From Thermoplasmata archaeon (GTDB taxonomy: Archaea; Thermoplasmatota; Thermoplasmata; Thermoplasmatales; GCA-001856825): DNA of 64,000 bases. The position numbers were made by a program, and so were the translations under genes. The DNA lies in assembly GCA_021797915.1 (NCBI GenBank), contig JAJZYT010000004.1, positions 14,224 to 78,223 on the forward strand. The letters run 5' to 3'. Under the pieces are notes generated by a model. It was given only the letters and a program-made list of their open reading frames with translations, searched no databases and was not told the DNA's origin. Below are positions 49,917 through 60,072 of the stretch, piece by piece (positions within the stretch are counted from its first letter, which is position 1; each line of letters begins with the position of its first letter).

Positions 49917-51885
49917 AATCCTCCATACTCCTCTGGTGTATTATAGGTTGATGTCTAGAGGGATATGAAATGCTCTCCCAAGCCATTTCAAGCTTCCTGA
50001 GATAGTAATTCTTGTCGTATCTGTTCTCCAGGTTTCCTATATCTACCGAGCCCCTATTTTCATCTATGACAAACATTGATACATTGTCTCCTGGTCCGAC
50101 ATCCTTTGCCTTTTCTATCGCCATTTTCCTTATGCCATTAACTTTGTACTGCTCGGGTCTGCGAGTTGCCATTATAGATAATTTCAGGTCGGAATCTTCC
50201 ACCCTCCCGTTGACTATTCTGTCCTTGTAAGAATCGTATATTCTCCTGATTTCATTGTAATGTCCTGGGAAGTCTACAATTCTTGATACCTTGGAGTAAA
50301 CTTTCAGAATGTCTTCCTGCATCTTCTTGCATATGTTTGGAAAATCCGTTCTCCGAAGCTCTATTCCCCTGACCTTGAATTTTCCACTGTCCATAAGACC
50401 AAAGTATCTGTTGAGGGCACCACTTCCATCTTTCGCTGGAAGGAATACTATCCACTTATAGAAACCCTCGAGGGAGATATTGAGCCTGCTCATTTCTTCT
50501 ATCTTATCCATCACTCTGTTGATATCCCCAGTACCCCGGAGCCATAGAGAATCAACGATCCCGTGTATTGTCCCGAACCCTTCATCTTCTGCAATCTTCA
50601 CGCTCTCAGTCAGTATCCTTCTACCGAGACAGGTTATTGACTCGTGGACCTCTATCCTGCCGAACTTTGCATTTTTGTATCCCGTATAGCCGAATGATGT
50701 CAGCAGCAACCACTTCAGCACAGCGTCCCTTCTCCTGTACCGCTCGTCCGAGTTCTTCCTTGCCTTGTAATACAGTCTAAGCTCCAGAAGGTCCGACAGG
50801 AATTCTGAGAGCGTACCTCTCTTATCCATACAGATATCGTAACCCAGGTCTTCTATCCTCCATTTATCTTTGCAATTCACGTTTATGGTCTCGGGTGAGA
50901 GGTTGTATTTCACTATTATTGACGGGTACATTGAACTGAAATCTATTTCAAACACTCCCTCATATACGCCGGGCACCGGTTGAAGGTAGAGCCCACCCCT
51001 ATCGGAGCTGATGAACGTGTCTAGGTCTTTTATCATCTCATGATCTTCCTTGTAGAGAGGTATCATTATTCCCTTCTCGAGTGATTTTCTCACCTCATAG
51101 GATGATACGGCAGTTCCCGGGGTGATCCTGGCAGAATGGAAGAGCGGTAGAGAGGTAATCTTAGATATGGTAGCTAGGCCTTCCAGTCCCCCCTCACTGA
51201 ATATGAAGGACGTATCTCTGTCTATGTGCGGGATTCCGTAAATAATGAATCCACTGGCTCTGTGGTTGATCCTTCCATAAGAGGTGAAGGTCCTTTCCCT
51301 ACTCCTAGAAGTTCTAGCAGAATAACCATGAACCTTGGCAGCCGTGAAGAATTGAGGAAAATATCTATCTCCCCCCTCAGAAATTATCAGGTTTGCATCT
51401 GTCATGTTCGAAAAGAAGTAATCCAGGGACGAGGGAATGTTTGTGAACAGCTGACCATCAATCTCAACCTCTTCCAAGCCATCTATGAATTTTATATCCA
51501 GAGTGTTGAGATTAGGTATGTCGAAATCCATCCTCCTATCATCATTGAAGAAGTGAAGATCGTTTTTGACCATGAATGACTGGACGATGTTTATGTCTGC
51601 ATTGTAGATCTTGTAATCCCTGAAATTTCCTATCTTCTCTATTGCGAGAATTAGATCATTCACTCTGTTTGGAGGCAGAGTTAAGCTTACAACTTTTTTG
51701 CTCGAGAAAATGTCCCGTCGTTCGTCTAATTTCCACGTTATCCATGGTACTAGGTCTATTTCGTCGGTGATCTTTTCCAGACGATCTCCTGCAACGTAAA
51801 TGGTGTGTTCATAGTTCCATTTCTTTATTTTCTTGTTCTCGTCAATGGTGAAAAGAGAATTTCCACCCCATGCATCTACTATCAT
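49903..51885 (-). CDS. polB2: family B DNA polymerase, PolB2 (Dpo2) type
   Basis: DFSSMYPSII, KWLLLTSFGYTG, motif C as HGIVDS, KVRGIELRR; exonuclease motifs eroded. Confidence 0.9.
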   Translation of the reverse strand: MIVDAWGGNSLFTIDENKKIKKWNYEHTIYVAGDRLEKITDEIDLVPWITWKLDERRDIFSSKKVVSLTLPPNRVNDLILAIEKIGNFRDYKIYNADINIVQSFMVKNDLHFFNDDRRMDFDIPNLNTLDIKFIDGLEEVEIDGQLFTNIPSSLDYFFSNMTDANLIISEGGDRYFPQFFTAAKVHGYSARTSRSRERTFTSYGRINHRASGFIIYGIPHIDRDTSFIFSEGGLEGLATISKITSLPLFHSARITPGTAVSSYEVRKSLEKGIMIPLYKEDHEMIKDLDTFISSDRGGLYLQPVPGVYEGVFEIDFSSMYPSIIVKYNLSPETINVNCKDKWRIEDLGYDICMDKRGTLSEFLSDLLELRLYYKARKNSDERYRRRDAVLKWLLLTSFGYTGYKNAKFGRIEVHESITCLGRRILTESVKIAEDEGFGTIHGIVDSLWLRGTGDINRVMDKIEEMSRLNISLEGFYKWIVFLPAKDGSGALNRYFGLMDSGKFKVRGIELRRTDFPNICKKMQEDILKVYSKVSRIVDFPGHYNEIRRIYDSYKDRIVNGRVEDSDLKLSIMATRRPEQYKVNGIRKMAIEKAKDVGPGDNVSMFVIDENRGSVDIGNLENRYDKNYYLRKLEMAWESISYPSRHQPIIHQRSMEDYDTN

Positions 51886-52100
51886 TTCATTTCTTTCTTC
51901 ATTTCTAATAGGGCAAAAATGAGAAACGTGAAATATGGGTCAAGGCTGGTTATAGAAGCCTCAGGAATGTGAAGTTTTATCTTTTTGATGAAGTCTTCGA
52001 CTATCTCCCTATCTGCACTCTTCATCAACCTCTCCGCTTTCCTTATCTCTTCCGTTATGCTCTCTATTTCCATTCTAAGGCTAGGGGTGTTTCTTCCCAT
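51882..52100 (-). CDS. small PolB2-associated helical protein (arCOG07300-like)
   Basis: MGRNTPSLR N-terminus, 72 aa; ATGA overlap with polB2; start reset to ATG 52100. Confidence 0.75.
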   Translation of the reverse strand: MGRNTPSLRMEIESITEEIRKAERLMKSADREIVEDFIKKIKLHIPEASITSLDPYFTFLIFALLEMKKEMK

Positions 52101-52534
52101 TTCTTTACTACCTCTAGTATTTTCCTGTGGAAAACGTGATCCAACCAATATGGTCTGAATTCCTCGTCTCCTACTAAATAGAGAATGTTCGGCGTTCCAG
52201 TCCTTCGCGATATCCCTTCTAGGGAGTTTGATATGTTGAACATCACGTCTTCTTTCCATTCCTTTAACTCAGACAACCTTACGACTATGAAAATTGAGAA
52301 ATCGTCATAGTAAAAATCCTCTACAATGGTCTTCTGGAACTGATACACGTTGAGAATTCTCTGTATGTACAGTTGGTTTCCTAATTTTCTTTTTAAATAA
52401 TGGGCGTCAACAAAGACGCCGTCTCCGAGAAGTAACAAAGTCTTCCCGTAACTATTGACGAAGTCTTCCAATAATATTGAGTTGAATTCCTCCATTTCCA
52501 TAAGATATGAATGCCTTGGATTTGCTCGGAACAT
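52064..52534 (-). CDS. truncated, inactivated RadA/RecA-like protein of the PolB2 cassette
   Basis: VDAHYL..LYIQRILNVYQ resembles the RadA-like I.RAF..YQ segment; no Walker A; first gene of the cassette. Confidence 0.5.
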   Translation of the reverse strand: MFRANPRHSYLMEMEEFNSILLEDFVNSYGKTLLLLGDGVFVDAHYLKRKLGNQLYIQRILNVYQFQKTIVEDFYYDDFSIFIVVRLSELKEWKEDVMFNISNSLEGISRRTGTPNILYLVGDEEFRPYWLDHVFHRKILEVVKKWEETPLALEWK

Positions 52535-52629
52535 GACTAAAAATCAGTCTGACTATATTTGAACTTTATAGACCATTGTAAAAAATGAAAAAATTGAAAA
52601 AATGAATTTAGTCTCTCTTAAACTACCAA

Positions 52630-53445
52630 TCAGCCCTTATAGAAAATCATCTTTAAATGATCCAAGTCGTACACCACAGTGAACCTCTTTAGGAAATCAT
52701 TTCCCAGCAACCCATCATAAATAATGTCCTGAAACACGACCCTGGGGCTCTCTTGGAAAATACTTGACGCGTAGCCAATTTCGAGCTTACCCTTTATCTC
52801 AGAAGAGTATCTCTTATAACTATACGAAGTTTCATCTGTGCCGGTGAAGACCTTGACGTTGGGATCTTCTGGAGAAACACCGAGTCTGGACATGAACTTT
52901 GAATTCAAGATAAGCACATCTGATCCTGTATCTACCTCCAGTTTCACGATATCACCGTTCGGCAGGGTAGCGTCAATGAAGATGGTGATAGTGGGCCCAT
53001 TATATTCAATATCAACAGGTACGACTGCCCCTTCACCGGTACCTTCCCATTTAACCGGTTCTTCAGAAACGAGAATCAAGGAATGAGTGTAATCAAATGT
53101 CAAGACTTTGTTTTGGAAGTAATTTACGGCAAGGATTCCTTTGATCTTACTGAATGCGGGAGGAAGTCCACCTAGTTCGTATATTCCTACTTCCAAGTCC
53201 TTTCTTACCAGTCCTCCGACTTCAATTTCTGGAAATTGTGCCAGAGGAATTTTCAACTGTTGTCCAGACATCCTCCGGCCCGAGAATTCCCCTATCGGTT
53301 CTAGTCCCATTTCGTCAGCAAAACTCTTGAGAATCACCGTTAGTCCAATACCCGTGTCAAGTAGGAAATTGAAGTCTTCACCTTCCAGCTTAACAGGAAT
53401 TTTCATCAGGTGACCTCCTATGTATGAAAAGGGAATCTGTTCCAT
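52630..53445 (-). CDS. tandem retropepsin-like aspartyl protease
   Basis: Two catalytic motifs FLLDTG and EVDTGS, with GILA and DGLLGNDFL; no signal peptide. Confidence 0.85.
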   Translation of the reverse strand: MEQIPFSYIGGHLMKIPVKLEGEDFNFLLDTGIGLTVILKSFADEMGLEPIGEFSGRRMSGQQLKIPLAQFPEIEVGGLVRKDLEVGIYELGGLPPAFSKIKGILAVNYFQNKVLTFDYTHSLILVSEEPVKWEGTGEGAVVPVDIEYNGPTITIFIDATLPNGDIVKLEVDTGSDVLILNSKFMSRLGVSPEDPNVKVFTGTDETSYSYKRYSSEIKGKLEIGYASSIFQESPRVVFQDIIYDGLLGNDFLKRFTVVYDLDHLKMIFYKG

Positions 53446-53576
53446 AGTTCAATGAAGGAATTGTTGATCTATATTTATCTTTTAAGCATCCTTTACCTTT
53501 TATTTTGGTATCGAGAATGAAACGTACTTCCTGGCTATGCATAAATAAAATAAACCCGAGATGGATTTTAAACGGA

Positions 53577-54062
53577 ATGATAGAACTCGTAAAAATGAGC
53601 AAGCGGGAACTTGAAACCTACCTTCAATTTGCGATTGAAAATTACGCGAATGAAAAGGTGAAATCCGGCAATTGGAGCGAGGAAGACTCCATTCAGAGAT
53701 CAAGAGAAAGTTTCGCCGATCTTCTTCCAAATGGCGTAGACACAGAAGACCAATTTCTTTTTACAATCAAGGATATCGACGGAGGAAGAAATGTAGGTAT
53801 GATCTGGGTTGGGTGGGGAAAGTACGGCGACCAGACTTCTTCACCTTGGATCTGGGATTTTCTCATTTACGAACAGTACAGAGGAAAGGGATATGGGAAA
53901 GAGGCACTCAATGCACTTGATGAGGTGCTTAAAGAAAGGGGACAAAAGAAAGTCTCTCTCCAGGTATTTGGGCATAACTCAATAGCCATCAATCTTTATC
54001 AGAAGTCGGGATATAAGATTACGAACATTGTGATGTCTAAGGAATTAGATACAGATCAGTGA
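53577..54062 (+). CDS. GNAT-family N-acetyltransferase
   Basis: YRGKGYG, LQVFGHN..AINLYQKSGY; start reset to ATG 53577. Confidence 0.9.
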   Translation: MIELVKMSKRELETYLQFAIENYANEKVKSGNWSEEDSIQRSRESFADLLPNGVDTEDQFLFTIKDIDGGRNVGMIWVGWGKYGDQTSSPWIWDFLIYEQYRGKGYGKEALNALDEVLKERGQKKVSLQVFGHNSIAINLYQKSGYKITNIVMSKELDTDQ

Positions 54063-54260
54063 ATCTGGTCCTCTTAGCAGTAAACATAAATTTCCTAGGA
54101 ATCGTGTTCGACAGCAAGATCCCGTTCGCAACATCCATAAATTTACCCGATAGTACGGAGAAAAAGAAGGCAAAAAGTTAACCGATTCTTATAAACTCGA
54201 ATCTTTAAAGAATGGAAGAAAAGAGGGAAAAAAATAAAAGGATCAAACTGGGTTGAATAT

Positions 54261-55538
54261 TCAGTACCAGCCGCGAAGCTTCATTGCTTTTGCGATTCTA
54301 TCTACTGCCAGGATGTACGCTGCCATTCTGGGATTTGTGTTGTACTTGACCATTGTCTCAGTCGTCTCCCAGAAGCTCTTAGACACTTTCCTGTCTAACT
54401 TGTTGTACACTTCGTCCAGATCCCAGTAGAATCCATTGATGTTCTGTACCCACTCAAAGTAAGAAACTATGACTCCACCTGAGTTTGCCAGGAAGTCAGG
54501 GATATCGAACACCTTGTTCTTGACAAGGATTTCGTCCGCATCTGGTGTGGTCGGTCCATTTGCCAGCTCGAGAACTATCTTTGCCTTGACATTGGCAGCA
54601 TTCTTTGAAGTGATCTGGTTCTCCAGGGCGGACGGAATGAGTACGTCAACTTTGAGTTCCAGAAGGTCTGCATTTGAGATCTCCTTTGCTCCCTTGAATC
54701 CAACAACACTTCCAGTCTTCATTTTGTGAACTTTCACTGCCTCAAAGTCAAGTCCATCTGCATTGTATATTCCACCCTTGCTGTCAGAAACAGCCACTAC
54801 CTTTGAGTGAAACATTTCCGTGACCAGCTTGTGCGCAAACTCGCCCGCATTTCCAAATCCCTGGATAGCGACGTTTGCCTTTGCCAGGTCAACGTGGAGG
54901 TGTTTAGCAGCTTCTCTCAGTATGAACATTCCTCCCCTTGCGGTTGCATCTCCTCTTCCGAGTGATCCACCTATCTCAAGGGGCTTACCTGTTATAACTC
55001 CCGGGACATTGTATCCCTCCATCACTGAGTATTCGTCCATCATCCAAGCCATTATCTGTGGGGTAGTATAGACATCGGGGGCCGGTATATCGATATCAGG
55101 TCCGATGTATTCCCCTATCGCCCTAACGTACCCTCTTGACAGTCTCTCGAGTTCTGAAACGCTCAGACTCTTTGGATCGCATATGACTCCGCCCTTCGCC
55201 CCACCGTACGGTATGTCTGCCAGAGAAGTCTTCCAGGTCATCCATGCTGCGAGTGCTTTAACTGTTGATAGACTTTCCTGAGGGTGGAATCGAATTCCTC
55301 CCTTGGTAGGCCCTCTCGCAAAATTGTAGTGAACTCTGAATCCAGTGAAAACTTTAGTAGATCCGTCATCCATTCTCACCGGAATCTGAACCTGTACCAT
55401 GCTCATCGGTTCGCGTAAAATCGCGAGTGCTTGGGGGTCCAGTTTCATTATCTTGGCAGCTTCGTCCAGTTGTTTTTGTGCATTCTTAAAGGGGTCGAGT
55501 TCTTCGGGTTTTTTTTCGCTCTTAGATTGTTGCATCAT
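54261..55538 (-). CDS. gdhA: glutamate dehydrogenase
   Basis: [43 protein letters not shown]. Confidence 0.95.
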   Translation of the reverse strand: MMQQSKSEKKPEELDPFKNAQKQLDEAAKIMKLDPQALAILREPMSMVQVQIPVRMDDGSTKVFTGFRVHYNFARGPTKGGIRFHPQESLSTVKALAAWMTWKTSLADIPYGGAKGGVICDPKSLSVSELERLSRGYVRAIGEYIGPDIDIPAPDVYTTPQIMAWMMDEYSVMEGYNVPGVITGKPLEIGGSLGRGDATARGGMFILREAAKHLHVDLAKANVAIQGFGNAGEFAHKLVTEMFHSKVVAVSDSKGGIYNADGLDFEAVKVHKMKTGSVVGFKGAKEISNADLLELKVDVLIPSALENQITSKNAANVKAKIVLELANGPTTPDADEILVKNKVFDIPDFLANSGGVIVSYFEWVQNINGFYWDLDEVYNKLDRKVSKSFWETTETMVKYNTNPRMAAYILAVDRIAKAMKLRGWY

Positions 55539-55673
55539 CGTTTCACCTATAATGCGTCCCGTAATCGCATCTTAATTCATAAAGGTTCTCTATTATCCTC
55601 GTTTTAGCGCTCCTAAGGTTGCAAAGAGAGCTCACATCAATAAAGGTTATTTTGGACTTCAATATTAAGAGTC

Positions 55674-56489
55674 ATGAAGGTAGACTTCTGGTTCTCTGAA
55701 CTTCAGAGTGAAGATGTGAAATTTGGGGTGAGAGTCAAGTCCCACCTATTCACGAAAGAGTCAAAGTACCAAAAAATTGACATTTTCGACACAGACTTCT
55801 TTGGTAGGGTGATGGTACTCGACGGTTGCTTTATGATAACCGAAAAGGATGAGTTCCTGTATCAGGAGATGCTTTCACATCCCGCAATGGTTTCCCACCC
55901 GGACCCGAAGAATGTTTTGATTATTGGAGGGGGGGATGGAGGCGTAGCAAGGGAAGTGCTCAGGTATCCTGTAAAGAGCGTTGATCTGGTTGAGATAGAT
56001 GAAGAGGTCATAGCCGCATCCAGACTCTACCTACCCGAGATTGCAGCCTCCTTCAATGATAGAAGATTGAAGGTCCATAACATGGACGCATTTGAATTCG
56101 TAGATTCGAACAGAAGCTATGACGTGATCCTGATTGATTCCACAGACCCAATTGGGTTTGCAGCTTCGCTATTTTCTGACGTGTTCTACATGAAGGCTAA
56201 AAAGATACTGAATGAGCAAGGAATAATTGCAACTCAGAGCGGTTCCCCTTTCATGAATCCCGACTTTATCAGGAAGGCCCACAGAGGCCTTAAAGGCCAT
56301 TTCAACACAATAAAGCCGTATCTATCGTTTGCACCCACTTATCCTTCTGGAATGTGGTCTTATATCATGGCCTCTAATGGGAAAATACAGAAGCATAGAG
56401 ACTTTGTTGGACGATACATTAACAACGACATCTACCAATCATGCTTTTCTTTACCAGAGTTCGTGAAGAAGATTATTGAAGAAAAATGA
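55674..56489 (+). CDS. speE: polyamine aminopropyltransferase
   Basis: LDG..MITEKDEF.YQE, IIGGGDGG, DSTDP, PTYPSGMW. Confidence 0.95.
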   Translation: MKVDFWFSELQSEDVKFGVRVKSHLFTKESKYQKIDIFDTDFFGRVMVLDGCFMITEKDEFLYQEMLSHPAMVSHPDPKNVLIIGGGDGGVAREVLRYPVKSVDLVEIDEEVIAASRLYLPEIAASFNDRRLKVHNMDAFEFVDSNRSYDVILIDSTDPIGFAASLFSDVFYMKAKKILNEQGIIATQSGSPFMNPDFIRKAHRGLKGHFNTIKPYLSFAPTYPSGMWSYIMASNGKIQKHRDFVGRYINNDIYQSCFSLPEFVKKIIEEK

Positions 56490-56508
56490 ATGCAATGGCC
56501 TGAACTGC

Positions 56509-56886
56509 TCACTTCACCCTGAGTTGATCCTTCTTTACTTCATATCTCGCCCTGAACGAAGGTCCCAGTTTCTTAGAGATGATATCTAGGTCCTTGGCGT
56601 TCTTTACAAACGTTGCCTTGCTGTCGGTGTAAATGAGTTCCTCAAACTTCCTTCTCTGAGTCACTGTCACCGCCAGCAGGTAAGCGAAATAGAGTAGACC
56701 TGCCAGAGATAGAACAAAAATGTAGTATGCCCAGTAACCGATAGAGTTCAGGAATGACTGGAAGCTCAACGGCAGGGTACTCAGACTGAAGAACTTGATC
56801 ACGACAATTGCGAAAAGGAAAAGTGTTATCGCGAGCATCACTAGGGATATCGGTATTTTGAACTCCTTATATTTGCCTCGTTCCAT
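56509..56886 (-). CDS. membrane protein (DUF3198-like)
   Basis: Two TM then KFEELI..DSKA.FVKN. Confidence 0.55.
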   Translation of the reverse strand: MERGKYKEFKIPISLVMLAITLFLFAIVVIKFFSLSTLPLSFQSFLNSIGYWAYYIFVLSLAGLLYFAYLLAVTVTQRRKFEELIYTDSKATFVKNAKDLDIISKKLGPSFRARYEVKKDQLRVK

Positions 56887-56906
56887 CCAACTGGAATTTT
56901 AAAGGT

Positions 56907-57455
56907 CTATATTTTCTTTTTCTTAAGGTAGTTTAAGAACTGCAATGTCGCTTTTGACCTATGGGAAATGGAGTTCTTCTCTTCTAGGGTCATCTCCGCA
57001 TACGTTTTCTTCCTGTTCTCAGGAATGAATATCGGGTCAAAGCCAAAGCCCCTCTTTCCCTTAATTTCCTTCGCAATGTATCCTCTTGTAACCCCTGTAA
57101 AAAGGTTTAGGTGGCCGTCATAGTATGCTATGCATGTCTTGAATTCTGCCTTTCTGTTAATCTTGGAATCCATCAGTCGTAGTATGCCCTCGTTGTCCAG
57201 AGTTCTCTTAACATAGGAGGAATAGACGCCTGGAAACCCCTTCAGCTGTTCAATGAAAAGGCCAGAGTCGTCTATGAAGAAGTCGTCTTTTATTATCCCC
57301 TTGAGGTAGCACAAAGATCGCTCCGCAACCTCCTCTATCGTGTCTAGCTGTTCCTCGGGGTAGCTCATCAGTACAAGATTTAGTTCTATTCCGTTTTGTT
57401 CCATCATCTGCTTGAATTCGGCATACTTGCCTTTATTGGAAGTCACTATTATCAA
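56907..57455 (-). CDS. rdgB: non-canonical purine NTP pyrophosphatase (HAM1/RdgB)
   Basis: TSNKGK, DDSGL, GFPGVYS, GFGFDPIF, KNSISHR. Confidence 0.95.
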   Translation of the reverse strand: MIIVTSNKGKYAEFKQMMEQNGIELNLVLMSYPEEQLDTIEEVAERSLCYLKGIIKDDFFIDDSGLFIEQLKGFPGVYSSYVKRTLDNEGILRLMDSKINRKAEFKTCIAYYDGHLNLFTGVTRGYIAKEIKGKRGFGFDPIFIPENRKKTYAEMTLEEKNSISHRSKATLQFLNYLKKKKI

Positions 57456-59020
57456 GCATACCTCCTCCTAGCTTCAATTTCCCTTACCTTCTGAAGGACC
57501 TCGGCGTATCTGCTGCTCTTCTTGTACCCCCTCAGGAAGGATTTGTATGACTTCTCCTTACCGAGGGCTTTCAACGATTCCTTCATCAGGTGGATATCCA
57601 CTCCGAGTGGTTCAAGCTCTGAGTCAAGTTCACCCATAGACGGGTCAATGAGATACACTTCGTCTCCTACAAGTATGTTTCCCAGGTTTAGATCACCGTG
57701 ACTGATTCCTTTGTCGTGCATAACCGCCACGTGTCTTCCAACCTTTTCTACCAGTTCATCAAAATTATTCTCTGAAGTGAGCTGACTAAGGACTTTTCCC
57801 TCCAATTTGTTAAGGATTATGGTAGAATCTTTAAGATTCACGTAAAGCGCCTCTGGGCAAGGTATTTTAACTGCTTTCAAAGAATGTAAGACTCTTATCT
57901 CCCGTTTGATTCTTTGGCCGTTTATGAATTCGTTTATCTTAGAGTTGCGGTACTCACCTCCTCTCCTTCTTTTCACCACGCAGTTCATACCCTGAAACGT
58001 GGATTGTTTAACAACACTCTCCCCTCCAACCATTGCCTTTGGAGTAAGCTTTCTGCTTCCAATCCAGTTACTCTTTCGAGAATCAACTCTGTCCATTTGC
58101 TGGAACTCAACACTCTCGTCCGTTGTGAGATCGCTCATATATCCCGCGAGTGCGATCATCGCCCCATTGTCTGATAGAAGCTTGTCTTCCGGGAAGTAAT
58201 ATCTGTAGCCGCGCATTTTGGCCATTCCCTTAAGCAGCTCCCTCAATCTCCTATTCCTTGCGACTCCACCCGTGATGCTGAACTCAGTGAGACCGAAATG
58301 AGCCATCCCCCTCTCAACGATTTCAGCCAGAGCAGTGAACGCATACTCCTGTGCATTGAAAGCAATATCTTCGTTCCTTTCAGTTGAAACCTTGTTTTTT
58401 AGAAAGGTGTAGAGCCCAGAATATGAAACGTCCATTCCTCTAACCGAATAGGGACAGTTAAGGACCTTATCGCCATCTCTTGCCAACTTTTCAAGAACAG
58501 GCGCACCGGGAAAAGGAATTCCAAGGTCCCTTGCCAGCTTATCCAAGAAGTTTCCAACTCCGATATCCAGCGTTTCTCCGAGAACCGAATAGTTTTGATC
58601 TCCTATCGTTACCAGCTGTGTGTTGCCACCGGAAACATAGAGAAACAGAGGATTCTCAAAGTTGGAAAATCTTCTCGATACCTCGATATGACCAACACCG
58701 TGGTTCACCGGTACTAGCTTTTTTGAGTATCTTATAGACAAGTATCTTGCAAGCTCTACACCGGTCTTCAGTGCAGGTCCCAGTCCTGGACCGATACTGA
58801 ATGCAATCTTCTCTATCTCGCTGACATCCGTCGCTTGCTCGTTCAACAGTTCTGTCAACAAGGTGTGAAATACAGATCTATGGTGTTCTGCTGCGTCCCG
58901 TGGGTTAATGCCGCCGCTTGAAGGGCGATATGAGTCCGATCTGGATCCCTTTATTTGGCCGTCTTCTACCAGACCAACGGATGCAGTATGAGCAGTGCTT
59001 TCTATACCCAAAACGAGCAT
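57452..59020 (-). CDS. kae1: Kae1-Bud32 fusion (t6A synthesis, KEOPS)
   Basis: GIESTAH, GPGLG, VNHGVGH, SGGNT, DNGAMIA; kinase half HGDLN..N, IDPSM. Confidence 0.95.
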   Translation of the reverse strand: MLVLGIESTAHTASVGLVEDGQIKGSRSDSYRPSSGGINPRDAAEHHRSVFHTLLTELLNEQATDVSEIEKIAFSIGPGLGPALKTGVELARYLSIRYSKKLVPVNHGVGHIEVSRRFSNFENPLFLYVSGGNTQLVTIGDQNYSVLGETLDIGVGNFLDKLARDLGIPFPGAPVLEKLARDGDKVLNCPYSVRGMDVSYSGLYTFLKNKVSTERNEDIAFNAQEYAFTALAEIVERGMAHFGLTEFSITGGVARNRRLRELLKGMAKMRGYRYYFPEDKLLSDNGAMIALAGYMSDLTTDESVEFQQMDRVDSRKSNWIGSRKLTPKAMVGGESVVKQSTFQGMNCVVKRRRGGEYRNSKINEFINGQRIKREIRVLHSLKAVKIPCPEALYVNLKDSTIILNKLEGKVLSQLTSENNFDELVEKVGRHVAVMHDKGISHGDLNLGNILVGDEVYLIDPSMGELDSELEPLGVDIHLMKESLKALGKEKSYKSFLRGYKKSSRYAEVLQKVREIEARRRYA

Positions 59021-59120
59021 TGGTTACCTTAATTGGGGATTTTGTTCTCAAATAAAACAGTTTTATGACTATTGCTTTTTCCTACGAAGGGATAAATTTC
59101 TGTTACGGGATTATACTTTA

Positions 59121-59336
59121 CTATTTGCCAGAAATCCGGACTACGTTGCTTCCTCTCAATATAACGGTGCCTAGTTTTCTCTTGTTTGTCTCTGTTATCT
59201 CTTCGGTGTTGGAAATGACTATGTTCATGTAATCGTCGTAACTCTCCAAAACGCCTTCCAGTACCGTATTGTCCTTCAACAACAGCGATATTGGTTTTTG
59301 CATCAAACTCTGCATAACAGCCATCGGAATTGCCAT
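59121..59336 (-). CDS. Sm-like (LSm/SmAP) RNA-binding protein
   Basis: GVLESYDDYMNIV, LGTVILRGSNV. Confidence 0.93.
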   Translation of the reverse strand: MAIPMAVMQSLMQKPISLLLKDNTVLEGVLESYDDYMNIVISNTEEITETNKRKLGTVILRGSNVVRISGK

Positions 59337-59345
59337 TTATATCAC

Positions 59346-59507
59346 CTAGGTATATTCGTAGTAATCGTCTTCCTCTTCATTCTCCATTACTACTTGGAGG
59401 AGCCCTCTCAAAATGACCTTCATATTCTCAACTTCCTTCCTGAGATGTTTGACTTCCACGTCGAGCTTCTCGACGCTCGCGTTGTTTTCTTGCCTTTCAA
59501 TCTTCAT
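59346..59507 (-). CDS. hypothetical 53-aa coiled-coil protein with acidic tail
   Basis: MKIERQ..VEKLDVEVKHLRKEVENMKVIL..EEEDDYYEYT; ATG overlaps the csl4 end, GGAG upstream. Confidence 0.6.
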   Translation of the reverse strand: MKIERQENNASVEKLDVEVKHLRKEVENMKVILRGLLQVVMENEEEDDYYEYT

Positions 59508-60072
59508 TCTTCTTGACTCCTTCGGAGAGTTCTCCATATTTCTTCGAGACCTTTCTGATCTCGTTCTTCTGACAGTAGGTACAATAGAGACCGCTATTAA
59601 TCCTTTGCAGAGGTTTCCTGCAGCGCGAGCAATAGGCATAGATAACTCCCTCGTCTGGAGGTTCCATTGTGAGATCAATCTTTCCCCTAGTTGAAACTAC
59701 CTTCCCCCTAATGACGTCCCTTGCCTTCACCACTTTCGAGCACTGATCGAGATACTGTCCGGTGATTCTGCTGGCGTGAACGAGCGCTCTGGCTTTGATC
59801 TGATAAACTTTCCCTGCACGTATGAGGTATTCTCCCGCTACGACCACTAGGGGCTCGTTTATCTCCGTGACGACCCCTATTATCTCGTCTCCGGATTGCA
59901 CCACAATTTCTTCCCTCTTGCCCTTTACCTTTACCTTGTAGTCGGCACCTACTTCCACATTTCCGATGTTGGAAGAATACACTCTACCGTTTTCTTCGAA
60001 GGTGCCCTGTCCTGCAATAAACTCCTCCTCTGTGCCTATGAATTCACCTGGTAATACTAATCGACCTACCAT
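59497..60072 (-). CDS. csl4: exosome RNA-binding subunit Csl4
   Basis: VLPGEFIG..EEF..G.GT, S1 domain, GVIYAYCSRC..CTYC..E.RKVS. Confidence 0.92.
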   Translation of the reverse strand: MVGRLVLPGEFIGTEEEFIAGQGTFEENGRVYSSNIGNVEVGADYKVKVKGKREEIVVQSGDEIIGVVTEINEPLVVVAGEYLIRAGKVYQIKARALVHASRITGQYLDQCSKVVKARDVIRGKVVSTRGKIDLTMEPPDEGVIYAYCSRCRKPLQRINSGLYCTYCQKNEIRKVSKKYGELSEGVKKNED

